DNA of 63,987 bases, the filler included, from Octopus bimaculoides (taxonomy: Eukaryota), in assembly GCF_001194135.2 (NCBI RefSeq). It is 5 parts of 5 records of this genome, joined end to end, with 100 filler letters (N's around TTAATTAATTAA, not from the genome) between each part and the next. Parts side by side here need not be neighbours in the genome. Positions count along the whole stretch, not along the records: positions 7,324 to 36,240 come from NC_068990.1; 4 more parts are not named here. One strand, 5' to 3'. The notes under the pieces were generated by a model, which made no database searches, was not told the DNA's origin, and worked only from the letters and a program-made list of their open reading frames with translations. Position 1 is the stretch's first letter; the number at the start of each line of letters is the position of its first letter. Shown here piece by piece: positions 12,032 through 23,800 of this stretch. Position numbers and translations under genes: made by a program.

Positions 12032-12959
12032 TTTTTACAAGACCAAATTATCGAGAGAAAAATCCCATAGCTACCTCACCAAGAAAACAAAGAAAACGAG
12101 AAAAAAAAGGGGGGGGATAAAGCAGCAGAAGATGGGTGTAGGGAGGGAGTAACGGGGTGTATACTCTAGAACAAGTGGCATGTTTAGTCGCGCCTCGCTA
12201 ACTTGATTGCAAGGGCGTTGCCGCAGAGAATGGCCAGTGATATTCACTGCAACAACCACCCAACCTCGCGCAGCTCATTTCTCAGACGGACGCAGTTATC
12301 CCGATTTTTTGGAGGAAGTCGGCAAAGCGGGATCCGAGAACATATGAAGTCTCGACGGCGACAGGCACAAACTGATAGCGACCGGTTAGGTCCCTGCATT
12401 TGTTTATTCTTCTATTGTTGAAGAATTTGGATGTATTGTTTCTGTTTGATGTGTTTTATAATTTAGCACTGATACAATCAGAACTCAACTATCAAACTAA
12501 TTTATAAGCGCATAACAAGTGATGGGCGATAAGATAAGGTCACTTGTACTGTCCCTCTTTGCAAGCCCTTTGTGGGTAATTAAAAATAAAAGATAAGGTC
12601 ACTTGGGTAAGGAATGACCATGCTGCTTTTTCTCTTTATAATACTTGTTCTTGTTTTGTTTCAACCGTGGCTGCATCTGCGTAGTTATTTGTGTTGTTGT
12701 TTACTTTGTAAAACAGTAAGGGGGAGAGGGTTGCTAGCACATCATTCTCTACCCACATTTTCCCATCTACATCTTTACCATATGGGGCCCTAACAAAATC
12801 CGATAATAGGTATAGATGCAAATCTATCTAATTACCTGTCTCCTAAAATCAGGCATAACTTGGCAATCGGTCGACTTACAGCATCGTTCTTCGTCTTTAC
12901 TTAGTAGAATGTATTTTATCAAGAGATTGTTTATTTTTAACACATTCACGAATGTTATG

Positions 12960-13660
12960 TTGGGCTTTGCGTCTAGGCATAATCTGAGAGCTGAACTACC
13001 TTTCAAACAATCCTTCATCGGTCCGCCAGCACCAATGCGGTTTCCGTCACCACCAACCATCTTTCTCCTGGATGCTGCAGTTGGTTGCGCACCAATTGTC
13101 TCCATACTGACTAGAGATTTTCGTTTGTGAGAAAAAAATTTCGCACTAGAGATCTTCGTTTTTTCTTGCCAAGAGCATGTGCCACACAAGAATACTGACC
13201 AAAGCAGTGAAGCGCGGAAGTTAACGCAGTATCTGTTCCAGAAGTTGCTTGGTGAATGTTTTCACTGGTCCCCCAAGGAATTCTTTGTCTTGAACATAAT
13301 TTTGTTGTAAAGCAAGAAAAGCTTTGTTTAGCCCATTGATTATTGGGTCACTTCCATCCTCAGCACTTGATATTTATGTGCAACCGCGTGTATCAAAATT
13401 TTGCTGTGTATCGAATTGGTTTTGAAGAGAGCGTTGCAAGTGTAAACTTTCTAGCCACCGATTTGTCACATCATCGTGTTTACTATCTGAAATCCCCATA
13501 TTCTCGCAGTATGCTCCATCATTTTCATTTTTCTGATAGTTCGACTCCATGGAGTCGTCGTCGGGGACAGCACAATTCCAGCGTATGTGTTCACTATCGA
13601 TGATATTGGCATCTGAATGAGAGCACCATACAAGATTCGCATGCCAATCGGAGGTCGTCA
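12960..13660 (-). mobile_element. Heavily decayed RTE-type LINE fragment
   Basis: Minus strand gives GNRIGAGGPMKDCLK (cf. G.R..G.P.KRYKD.LK) and ISSAEDGSDPIINGLNKAF (cf. ISS...D.EI.NR..KA..AF); many stops. Confidence 0.4.
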
Positions 13661-13769
13661 TTTTGAATTCTATCCTTTGTTAACTTGACAAGGTCAAGGT
13701 GAGCTCTGATTGGCAGTATGCAAATGAGTTCATTACTGGGGTCCGGAACTCTCGTGAGGAAATATTAAA

Positions 13770-13838
13770 ATTTGCGTCCGAGAATCAAACTCACAACCTC
13801 ATGATTATGAGCCCGACACTCTAACCACTGAGCCACTT
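13770..13838 (-). mobile_element. Degenerate tRNA-derived SINE head
   Basis: gtggctcagtggttagagtgtcgggctcataatcatgaggttgtgagtttgattctcgg: A box and D-arm intact, B box and acceptor stem decayed. Confidence 0.65.
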
Positions 13839-15161
13839 TATTTTGACTAAAAGCTTTTGTCAATCCACTGTAAAATGAATTATACTAATTATTCATTTCA
13901 TATTAGGAAAGAACATGTTTTTATTTATTATTTATTTATTTATTTAATTTATCACGGTATTATTTTTCTGGGTGGAAACAAATATATAAAAATAGTATAT
14001 CAATTATTTAGGGAGACAAAAAACGAAAAAAATTACAATAATCAAATAAATAAACATGAAATACGCCTATTGATTTTTGTAATTATGTAAAGCAATGAGA
14101 AAGGAAAAGATTTTTGTACTCAATCTCTTTGTGTTGCATGATTTTTCTACAACGTGTATTATGTTTTATCCAAACAAATACTTCAATGACACGGACCAGT
14201 AAAAATGAGCGATGCTATATGATTTTATTGATCGCCCCGATACGTAAAAAGCCATTAGAAAAATATTATGGGGTGTGTGTGTGTGTGTGAGGTGGGGACA
14301 AAACTAAAAGAAAACTACCTCCATAAAATATACAACAAAAAGGGATCGTGTTTGTGCCTTACATTATATATATATATATGTGTGTATATATATATGTATA
14401 TAAATATATATATACACACACATGTGCGTGTGTGAATACATACATACATACAGAGACAGACAGACACACACTATTCCTAACAGTATCATATTTCTTTCGA
14501 TAAATTGATTTATCACCGGAAGTAAATGGAGGAAAGTGTGACGGACGGTGGCCAGCAGACAGACTGTAGTACTAAATATAGATGAATGGCAATAAAAAAA
14601 TTGACTAAAAATATTATAAAATAGGATAAAATTGAAAAAAAAAATCCCAACATAACAACTGATAAACCAGAAACAGTGATTCTATGTAGTTGTTTGACGT
14701 GTTCTATTACAACAAACATTATCGTTTCAGCGTGGTTTTTCTTTTGATTTTCGCTCTGTGGATGTACTACTGTCGAGCACATGGCAATTCTTTTTATTTA
14801 TCCTACAGGGTGTCTCGTAATAATGGGATACATTTTATCAGTAATATTTGCAATAAATGTGACTATTCTAGTCCGAGTTATTTCCGTTTAAAAATGTATT
14901 CCATCATTATGAGACTATGCCAAATTCATTTAGGAGATCCAGCATGATTCTCAACCATTTTGCCAGAACTTTTGAAAGTTGTCGCCACTAAAATTATCTT
15001 TCCTCTTTTTACTATATTCTAGTTCTAATGTTTCTTTTTGATGATATTCACCAGTCTCAGCAGTGTCTGCAATGAAACGGAATCACCATCTAGTCAAATA
15101 CTTTCAAGTTTAAAAATCATGAAACTTTTTCCGTATCCATTCTGACATGACTTTACTGAAC

Positions 15162-15420
15162 CACAATGATTCTCAACCATTTTTTGCCTATGGACCCCTA
15201 TTTTACTTGGGTGGACCCCCATAGCCATTAGAAGTTTTTTTTTAAAAGCCTATTATATTTTTATAATTAAATATTAGGAATTGTATGAAAAACGTTAAAA
15301 TATTTTGTGCATTCTTTTATTCTTTTGTAGAGTTATTTCCAATTTATTGCACATAAATTTTAATAGCAATATCTTATATGGACCTCCAAAGTCCATACTG
15401 ACCTCGGTTGTGAACTACTG
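15162..15420. mobile_element. hAT-like MITE remnant
   Basis: Imperfect termini ca.tgattctcaacc ... ggttgtgaactactg; a second left-end copy (cagcatgattctcaacc) at ~14941. Confidence 0.45.
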
Positions 15421-16254
15421 CTTTAAGGCAAACACGAAACCTTGAAGAGAGTTCTGAATCAATGCTTGACTCTTTTGTTACCATATTTTCTGTACAAATA
15501 CACTTCGTTTGTTTCAATACATTTTTTAAATAATGAAGAATTTAGTAAAATAACTTTGCCATTATTAAGCTGGTATTTGGAACATAGACATGAAATTCTG
15601 ACGGTAAGTTTTAATTTTAGGTAAGACAATATGAAATATCATAGAACAAAGGGATGATATCAAAAGGGGATGAGAGAACAACGTTGAATCTCTTGGAATC
15701 AAAATAGATTGACCACAGCGAAATCTCAATTAAAAATTGAGATAGGCATACAGCGACTATTCCAATACCATCTTTGCTCTGCCACTAGCAGAAGTATCTT
15801 TTACATATAGACATCTTATACGGATGTCAGGTGGTACGTACAGGCACACTCTAGGACGTTGTGAAAGTGTTGACATTTTGAAAATTTTGCAGTAAAACAG
15901 AATCTATTTTCCCTTTAATACATTTTTGGAGCTGTTTCCTTTTTATCCTTTTTACCACGACGACGACAGTCTCACTCTTCTGAACTAGGTGTCAGCATAC
16001 AGCCTCCATCTGGGAGTTACTATTTGGTTCTTCCATTCTGTAGTTTCTTAACTCTTATGTCTCTTATCAAATCTATCTATCCTTCAATCTTCTAGCTATG
16101 TGCCTGCAGGGATTCTCTCTTCAGTGTTTTCCCTTTGGGTGTTCAAATTAAACACCAAGTTCATTGATTTCACTAATCTAACAAAATCTGCAAGAGTTTC
16201 AAGCAGTGACCATCCCTCGTCAGACTAACCCTTAAGCATCAACATACATGCATA

Positions 16255-16335
16255 CAAGAACAAAAGAAACTGATGCAGATTCTCCAAATCCATTCTATTA
16301 GTAGCACAGTAAAGGTCTGTAAGACATACCAAAGT
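16255..16335 (+). mobile_element. R4/Dong-clade 3' ORF-end fragment
   Basis: EQKKLMQILQIHSISSTVKVCKTYQS aligns with ERRKLIRRLQIQSITGTVKICKTFQK of the element at 59481-59795. Confidence 0.6.
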
Positions 16336-16784
16336 CTTGTTGCTTTGTTATCGACCGGCTTGAACTTTTTCAAGAACTTAAACTCAAGGAAAAATCATAC
16401 ATACACACACATATCTAGACTCTTTGTCTCTCTCTCTCTCTCTCTCCAATCTTGTATCTCCCATTTTCTTTCTCTATCCTCAGTTATTTCACATGATCCT
16501 CTCCACTGCACCTTTCTCTATCTTCTGCAACTCACCCTCAGTCTTTCTGGGGTTTTTTTCTCTCCCGCCCATCTTTCTCATACCTCGTGAGTGCAACTTT
16601 AAATATATGTATATGTGTGTATATTTTTATTTCTACTTTTTTTCAGCAAATATTCCCATCATTTGTGCCTTGGATAAAAGCTAATAACAAAATAAAACAT
16701 TTTATGGTTTTTCATCGATTGCTTTCTCTTTTTGTCTAGAGCATGAGCGTGTTTGCGTATGTGTATCTTTGCGTGTGTGAGTGA

Positions 16785-16910
16785 GTTTCATTGGTCAAAT
16801 TGGAAAAAAATAATAAAAAAAGCAAAGTATTTTCATGTTTTCCATTGGCTAGAAATACTTTAATCTTTTTCTCATTGGCTCAATATAGTATCTGTTTTTC
16901 ATTGATTAGC
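16785..16910 (+). promoter_or_regulatory. Cluster of inverted CCAAT (NF-Y) boxes, putative promoter of the signal-peptide gene
   Basis: ATTGG at 16790, 16799, 16844 and 16874, plus imperfect ATTGA at 16901, ~0.75-0.9 kb upstream of the ATG at 17660. Confidence 0.45.
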
Positions 16911-17659
16911 TCTCTCTCTCACACACACACACACGTATGTGAGTGTGTGTGCGTATAGCGTGCGTGCGTATGTGTGTAATACGTGTTTGCTTGTGTTGCA
17001 TTGTTTCTTGTCTGCTGAAAATTACCCATTCAATGAATCGTTTGTTATCAATTTTACTACGTAGGACAGCAACAGCAAAACTTCACATCGTTTCTCTTTA
17101 GTGACTGCCTGTACATAAACACACACACGCGCTATATATATATATATATATAGCCAGTCTTACAACAACTAAACCTAACTACATAACACTTGTTTGAAGG
17201 CCGAAGTGGTGATGATGATGGCTTTAATTAGAAAATATGTTTGAAGAATCCACAGGTTTTCCCCAGTAAATGTTGCGAAAACAATAAAATAAGCGAAAAA
17301 CGCGCGCACACAAACACACACATCTGTGTAATATTAGTGATGATGATGCTTCGACAGAATTAGAAAATTCTTTTGCAAAAAATATTAATGCAGTTTTTCT
17401 CTATCCTTACGAGAAATTATTAAATGTAGTACTGATGCACATGTTCCAGTGAAAAACAAAACAAAGGAAACGGAAAAATACAATCAACTCACTCCATCCC
17501 CCATAAATAACCCACCCTTCCTTGCCAATAGAAGAGAACCCCTTTTTCAAAAAAGTTAAAAGATACTAAAACCCCAGCTACCTTCTTTCACATGTCTTTG
17601 TCCTCCCGACTTCAACAAGAAAACAAATACAGGGAAACTCGGCAAACAAAGTAATAACG

Positions 17660-17732
17660 ATGAGACCAGTGCGTCTTTGGATCACGTTCCTGGCGGTTAT
17701 TCTGTACCATGTAGTTGTACATTGCAGCAATG
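17660..17732 (+). CDS. First coding exon (partial CDS) of an unidentified secreted or membrane protein; signal peptide MRPVRLWITFLAVILYHVVVHCSN(G)
   Basis: acgATG with A at -3; basic n-region, hydrophobic core and small-residue c-region; perfect G|GTAAGT donor at 17733 (phase 1, typical of signal-peptide exons); polypyrimidine tract and AG acceptors upstream at 17619 or 17632. Confidence 0.6.
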
Positions 17733-18896
17733 GTAAGTGAAATGCATCTGTTTATTTCTATAAAGAACAGTTTTGGTCCCAATTGTTAAGAGTTCGAAAT
17801 GCAATAGTGATAAGAAGAAAAAAAAAAGAAAAAATAGCGCACTTTCATATAGAAATTAAAAAACAAACTCTCTTTTAAAATTAAGATTTTTATGGTACAT
17901 AAAAAGCCCTTTTTTTTTTCTTCAAAAAGTGTTAAAAAAATTTATCCCAGGTCCTATATACTAAGCTGTGTCTATATTTCATGCTTTAATGCATTAGAAA
18001 CAATTTTTTCCCCCGAATATGCGTTGTTAAAATTGGGGCGGGTCTTTTATGCCGGCAAATATGGTAAAATATTCAGAGAAAATATAGAAAATGTAACGGA
18101 CTTTCGGAATAGCTTTCACAAAAAAGGGTATGAGACTAGGGTGTCTCCCTTCCACCTTAATTTTTATTTTATTTCGTTTTTCTTTTTGTTATTCCCATGT
18201 TTCATACAACGGAAATATGATTNNNNNNNNNNNNNNNNNNNNNNNNNNNNNNNNNNNNNNNNNNNNNNNNNNNNNNNNNNNNNNNNNNNNNNNNNNNNNN
18301 NNNNNNNNNNNNNNNNNNNNNNNNNNNNNNNNNNNNNNNNNNNNNNNNNNNNNNNNNNNNNNNNNNNNNNNNNNNNNNNNNNNNNNNNNNNNNNNNNNNN
18401 NNNNNNNNNNNNNNNNNNNNNNNNNNNNNNNNNNNNNNNNNNNNNNNNNNNNNNNNNNNNNNNNNNNNNNNNNNNNNNNNNNNNNNNNNNNNNNNNNNNN
18501 NNNNNNNNNNNNNNNNNNNNNNNNNNNNNNNNNNNNNNNNNNNNNNNNNNNNNNNNNNNNNNNNNNNNNNNNNNNNNNNNNNNNNNNNNNNNNNNNNNNN
18601 NNNNNNNNNNNNNNNNNNNNNNNNNNNNNNNNNNNNNNNNNNNNNNNNNNNNNNNNNNNNNNNNNNNNNNNNNNNNNNNNNNNNNNNNNNNNNNNNNNNN
18701 NNNNNAATCAGTGGAGGCAAAGATGCGTCTCATTTACTTGACAATTTATGCACCACATTGCAGAAATCACAATGTAAGTATATCTGAAAGGGTAGTCTTA
18801 CACTGTTGTACCGTTGAATTACAAATAATGCTCGTCTGTTATGTTCGGGTTAACATTTCATCAACATCAACATCAAAAATATATGAATGTTCATGG

Positions 18897-19318
18897 GAGT
18901 TATGGCCGTTATACATAGAATATAATTTCCAAATTTCATAAAGATCCGTTCAGTACTTTTGACGTAGTTTTGGATAAGAAAACAAATGACTAATGTGTGT
19001 GTTTGTGTGCATGTGTTTGTGTGTGATGGGTGTATATATGTATAGATATCTGTATGCATGTATACATATGTATATATGTGTACATATTACATGTACATCT
19101 ATATATATATATATAGATGTACATGTAATATGTACACATATATACATATGTATACATGCATACAGATATCTATACATATATACACCCATCACACACAAAC
19201 ACATGCACACAAACACACACATTAGTCATTTGTTTTCTTATCCAAAACTACGTCAAAAGTACTGAACGGATCTTTATGAAATTTGGAAATTATATTCTAT
19301 GTATAACGGCCATAACTC
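18897..19318. repeat. 422-bp perfect spacerless palindrome abutting a gap (probable assembly artefact)
   Basis: Arms are exact reverse complements centred on (TA)n at ~19107; the right arm ends exactly at the N-run; identical ORFs on both strands. Confidence 0.9.
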
Positions 19319-20792
19319 NNNNNNNNNNNNNNNNNNNNNNNNNNNNNNNNNNNNNNNNNNNNNNNNNNNNNNNNNNNNNNNNNNNNNNNNNNNNNNNNNN
19401 NNNNNNNNNNNNNNNNNNNNNNNNNNNNNNNNNNNNNNNNNNNNNNNNNNNNNNNNNNNNNNNNNNNNNNNNNNNNNNNNNNNNNNNNNNNNNNNNNNNN
19501 NNNNNNNNNNNNNNNNNNNNNNNNNNNNNNNNNNNNNNNNNNNNNNNNNNNNNNNNNNNNNNNNNNNNNNNNNNNNNNNNNNNNNNNNNNNNNNNNNNNN
19601 NNNNNNNNNNNNNNNNNNNNNNNNNNNNNNNNNNNNNNNNNNNNNNNNNNNNNNNNNNNNNNNNNNNNNNNNNNNNNNNNNNNNNNNNNNNNNNNNNNNN
19701 NNNNNNNNNNNNNNNNNNNNNNNNNNNNNNNNNNNNNNNNNNNNNNNNNNNNNNNNNNNNNNNNNNNNNNNNNNNNNNNNNNNNNNNNNNNNNNNNNNNN
19801 NNNNNNNNNNNNNNNNNNNNNNNNNNNNNNNNNNNNNNNNNNNNNNNNNNNNNNNNNNNNNNNNNNNNNNNNNNNNNNNNNNNNNNNNNNNNNNNNNNNN
19901 NNNNNNNNNNNNNNNNNNNNNNNNNNNNNNNNNNNNNNNNNNNNNNNNNNNNNNNNNNNNNNNNNNNNNNNNNNNNNNNNNNNNNNNNNNNNNNNNNNNN
20001 NNNNNNNNNNNNNAAAAATAACCTGCAGTTGTTTCCTTCAAAATTCCTACATGCTCGAAATGTACATACATCAAGGTATATTTGTAGAAAATTTCACGAA
20101 AAAATATTAATTTTCTTGGAAGTTAAGAAGAATTTAAGTGGACTGTGTTCGAATTTCCGAAAATTGTCCCCCACCCCCATTCCAAAACACTTTAACCGGA
20201 AATTTTTGTATATTCGGAATCTACATAATAAATACTATATGCATAGAAAATTTCATTAAAAAATATTCATTTTTCTGAAAGTTATGACCTTCCAAAGTCG
20301 GGTGGGGGTACAACTCTGTAGTTATGCCGGTTTCCCGGTTTCCCCGGCGTATATATTCCTCCCTGGTTACGTACGTTGCAGGAGGACTCATTTTAACCAG
20401 CTGAGTGGACTGGAGCAACGTGAAATGGAGTGTTTAACTCAAAAACACAACGCATCACCTAATCCAGAAATCGAACGAAACCACAATCTTACCGTTATGG
20501 TTGCTTGGAACTTCTGCGTTAGATGTTCCAAATGCAGTTGAATGCTTAACGACAAAGGATCATCAAATGCATCTAATTGAATTTGAAATATCCAATGCAG
20601 AGGTTCCGAACAAGCATAACAGTGAAACGTGCGTTGGGAACAAACAATATAAACTCAGTAATGTTACTAAGTATAATGGTAAACATCACTTTACTGGAAG
20701 CTAACTGGATGATGATAATCTACGTAGAGGTCTAAACTTAACAGTAACAGTCGTAAATCTAACTATATAAACAATGCACAATGTAGTGAATG

Positions 20793-20831
<39 letters not shown>

Positions 20832-20869
20832 TTATTTTTCACTGTCGTCACTTCCGGTGTAATTTGGAT

Positions 20870-21700
20870 GTCATTTAACCATTAACTGGTACTTTATTTT
20901 ATCGAGAGCAAGGACAAAAAGTAAAGTCGATATGGCAGAATAGGTCCACAGAACGTAGTGTTTTTTTTGCCTCCAACGTTCTACCGACCCAATCAACATA
21001 AACGATTTCTAAGGCGGACACAAAGTCAAAAATATGAGGGGAGGATGTTAATCGATTAAATCATCCTTAGTTTTTGATTGATACTTTATTTTATCGGGAA
21101 TGACGTCGAAAAGGCCAAGTTGATCTCAACGGCTTTGAACTAGGAACACAAAGAGCAGGAATAGATTCTGCCACGTATTTTTGTTTGACGTTCGAACGGT
21201 TCTGCCAATCCAGTCATTAATGGTTTCTGATTTAGGAACAAGCCCAACAATTCTGAGGGTAGATAGAGGTTTAGTTGATACGGTTGACTAGTACTTGACT
21301 GGTACTATTGCATCGACCTCGGTGGTACAAAAGGCAAAGTTAACACAGGCGGGATTTGAACTCAGAATGTAGATATTTAGAGCAAATATTACGTGGTGTT
21401 TTTTTGTTTTTTTTTTTCGTTGCAATCCCACCAGCTCGCTACCTTTTAAAAATCAAGAAATGATAATTCTTTTTAATTTCGGCGTACGGCCAACAATTTC
21501 AGAAGGAGGAGCTTGTCTATTATATGGAATCAAGTACTTGACCGGTATTCTATTTTATCGACCCCCACCACAAAAAAGAAAAGAAAAAGAAAGACCTAGT
21601 TGACATCAGCAGGATTTGAACTCAGAATGAAAAAGAACGGAAATCAATACTGCAAAGCATTTTTTGCCGACTTTCTAACTCTTCTACCTTTGCAAGTCTA
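20870..21700 (-). mobile_element. Array of four old, same-orientation SINE family A-like copies
   Basis: Recurrent actggtac..attttatcg...aaag..ga...tttgaactcagaa blocks at ~20880, 21080, 21295 and 21540. Confidence 0.6.
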
Positions 21701-21786
21701 ATCATAATAAAAACTTCTTTAGATGGAAGGGTTGATTTACCACAATTCTTTTGATGATTTTTCACCTTCACAGGGATACTGGAATA

Positions 21787-22255
21787 TCACCGTCATCTAA
21801 CGTCCGTTTTCCATGTTAGCATGGGTTAGACGGTTTGACAGGAGCTGGTAAGCCAGCGAGCTGCACCAGGCTCCAGTTGTCTGCTTTGGCATGGTTTCTA
21901 TGGCAAGATGCCTGTCCTAACACCAACCACCTTACAAAGTATACTGGGTGCTTAATACGTGGTACTTGCACGTTTGCATTCCACGCGGCACTGGCACGGA
22001 TGCATTTTACGTGACACTAGCACCCGCGAGCTTAGAAGACAAAGACCTCTCGTCTGAAAGAAGGGTGGGGGAAGAGGCATAATTGTAAAGGACATGGTAA
22101 ATTTTACATGCCTGTATGTATATATGGCCACGGTTTTACTTAGCTTGACCTGTTTTCTGAAACACAGCAAATCGCCAGAAGTGAGGCCCAACGTCTGAAG
22201 ATCCTTTCTCACCACTTCGTCCCACGTCTTCTCCTTCCACAAGTTCTCTCCACAA
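21787..22255 (-). mobile_element. RTE LINE 3' fragment
   Basis: KTWDEVVRKDLQTLGLT (RTE ORF end) followed by a 3' UTR ending aaaacggacgttagatgacggtgat. Confidence 0.8.
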
Positions 22256-22740
22256 TTAGAGGTCGGAACTTCTTTATTATAAATAATAATAATTATCCAC
22301 GGTGTTTATTCATGGTTGTTATCTAGACCTAAGTCGGTTCTAATTAAGCAAACCAATGCTCAAAAGCATTCCAACTATGGCCATCCCTTTTTTCAAGGAT
22401 TTATAAGACTACCTTAACTGATGTGTCATTCTCTTAACAATTCATCAATGCTTATTGTTTTGTTATCTGGCAGTGTTATCCTTTACGAACATATGAAACA
22501 AATCTCATTGCGGAAGGAAACAAGGCACGTCATTCACAGCAGACATGACTCGTGTTGGAAAATAAGTTACCTCAAAACTGGGCTATCTTCATGGTCACAT
22601 ACTCAAATGAAACATGATAATTTTGTATGTGTGCGTGTGTGTGTGTGTGTGGCTTTGGTGAAATAATCAGGAGAAATAAAACTCAGTACATGAGTATGTA
22701 TACTTCGATATTTTTAATCGGCAGAAAGTTATTTTTGTAA

Positions 22741-22960
22741 AGGCAGCGAGCTGGCAGAAACGTTAGCACGCCGGGCGGAATGGTTAGCGGTATTTCGTCT
22801 GCCGTTCAAATTCCGCCGAGATCGACTTTGCCTTTCATCCTTTCTCGGGCGATAAATTAAGTACCAGTTAAGCACTGGGATCGATGTAATCGACTTAACA
22901 CCTTTGTCTGTCCTTGTTTGTCCCCTTTATGTTTAGCCCCTTGTGGGCAATAAAGAAATA
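22741..22960 (+). mobile_element. SINE family A, near full length with 18-bp TSD
   Basis: TSD agaaagttatttttgtaa at 22723-22740 and 22961-22978; tRNA-like head aggcagcgagctggcagaaacgttagc...gttcaaattcc. Confidence 0.92.
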
Positions 22961-23448
22961 AGAAAGTTATTTTTGTAATAAAAAAGATCTGTCTGTCTGT
23001 CTGGCCTTGTCTATCAATCTATATATGTGTCTCATCTTTAAATTTAATGCAAATTCCAATGCTTTCTTTCACATAACTTCATTTACCGTAATATATTTAT
23101 TTATTTACTGGACTTCATCTGAAAATAAATTTCACTGAATTTGAATTGTATTGAGATGAATGACTTTTTCACCATACTACCTCAACTAAATTGGAAAGAC
23201 TTCAACCCGTCGGGGGGGGGGGGGTACGGAAATCTTGCTGCTAAATTGAACTAAATCGAACCAATTTATCGATTTACGACCTGTCATTTCTGTCGACTAA
23301 CCCTAGTTTTGGTTGTCTGTATAGTTTTTAGTGTTTAATGAACACATAATCACCATTTTATTGCATTCGATCTCTTCCTTTGATAATCAACTTCTACTGT
23401 CTTGTATCGATAACGAAAGTAACTTAAGTTAAAACATTGTAGATAGAA

Positions 23449-23800
23449 GTGCCGGTATGGCTGCTTGCTTACGAAGCTCGCATTGCGACCGTGTGATTTG
23501 GGGTTCAGTCCCACTGTGCGGTACTTGGGTAAGTGTCTTCTGCTATAGCCCCGGACTGACCTATGCCTTGTGAGTGATTATGGTAAGCGGAAACTAGAAA
23601 TTCATCGTGCGTGTCTGGTTGTTACCTCTGCTCCACCCGTTGACAACCGATATTTACGTCTTTGTAAGTTAGTGGATCGGCATAAGGAATTGATTGAATA
23701 AGTACTAAGCTTAACATAAAGATTTGTTCGATTGAAACCCTTTAAAGTGGTGATCTCGCATGCCCACCGTCCAAAATAACTGAAACACGTAAAAGAGGTG
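23449..23800 (+). mobile_element. tRNA-derived SINE family B, diverged full-length copy
   Basis: Head ...ggttcagtcccactg...ggtaagtgtcttctgctatagcc; body ttgacaaccga; tail ...actgaaacacgtaaaagag. Confidence 0.8.

Noticed and set aside
13770-13838. Functional tRNA-Met(CAT) gene (similar heads at 37745-37814 and 52986-53050)
   Set aside because: Acceptor and anticodon stems do not pair properly and the sequence continues into SINE-type bodies.
20501-20704. 67-aa ORF as exon 2 of the signal-peptide gene
   Set aside because: It abuts a SINE fragment, has no clear acceptor in the required phase, and has no recognisable domain.
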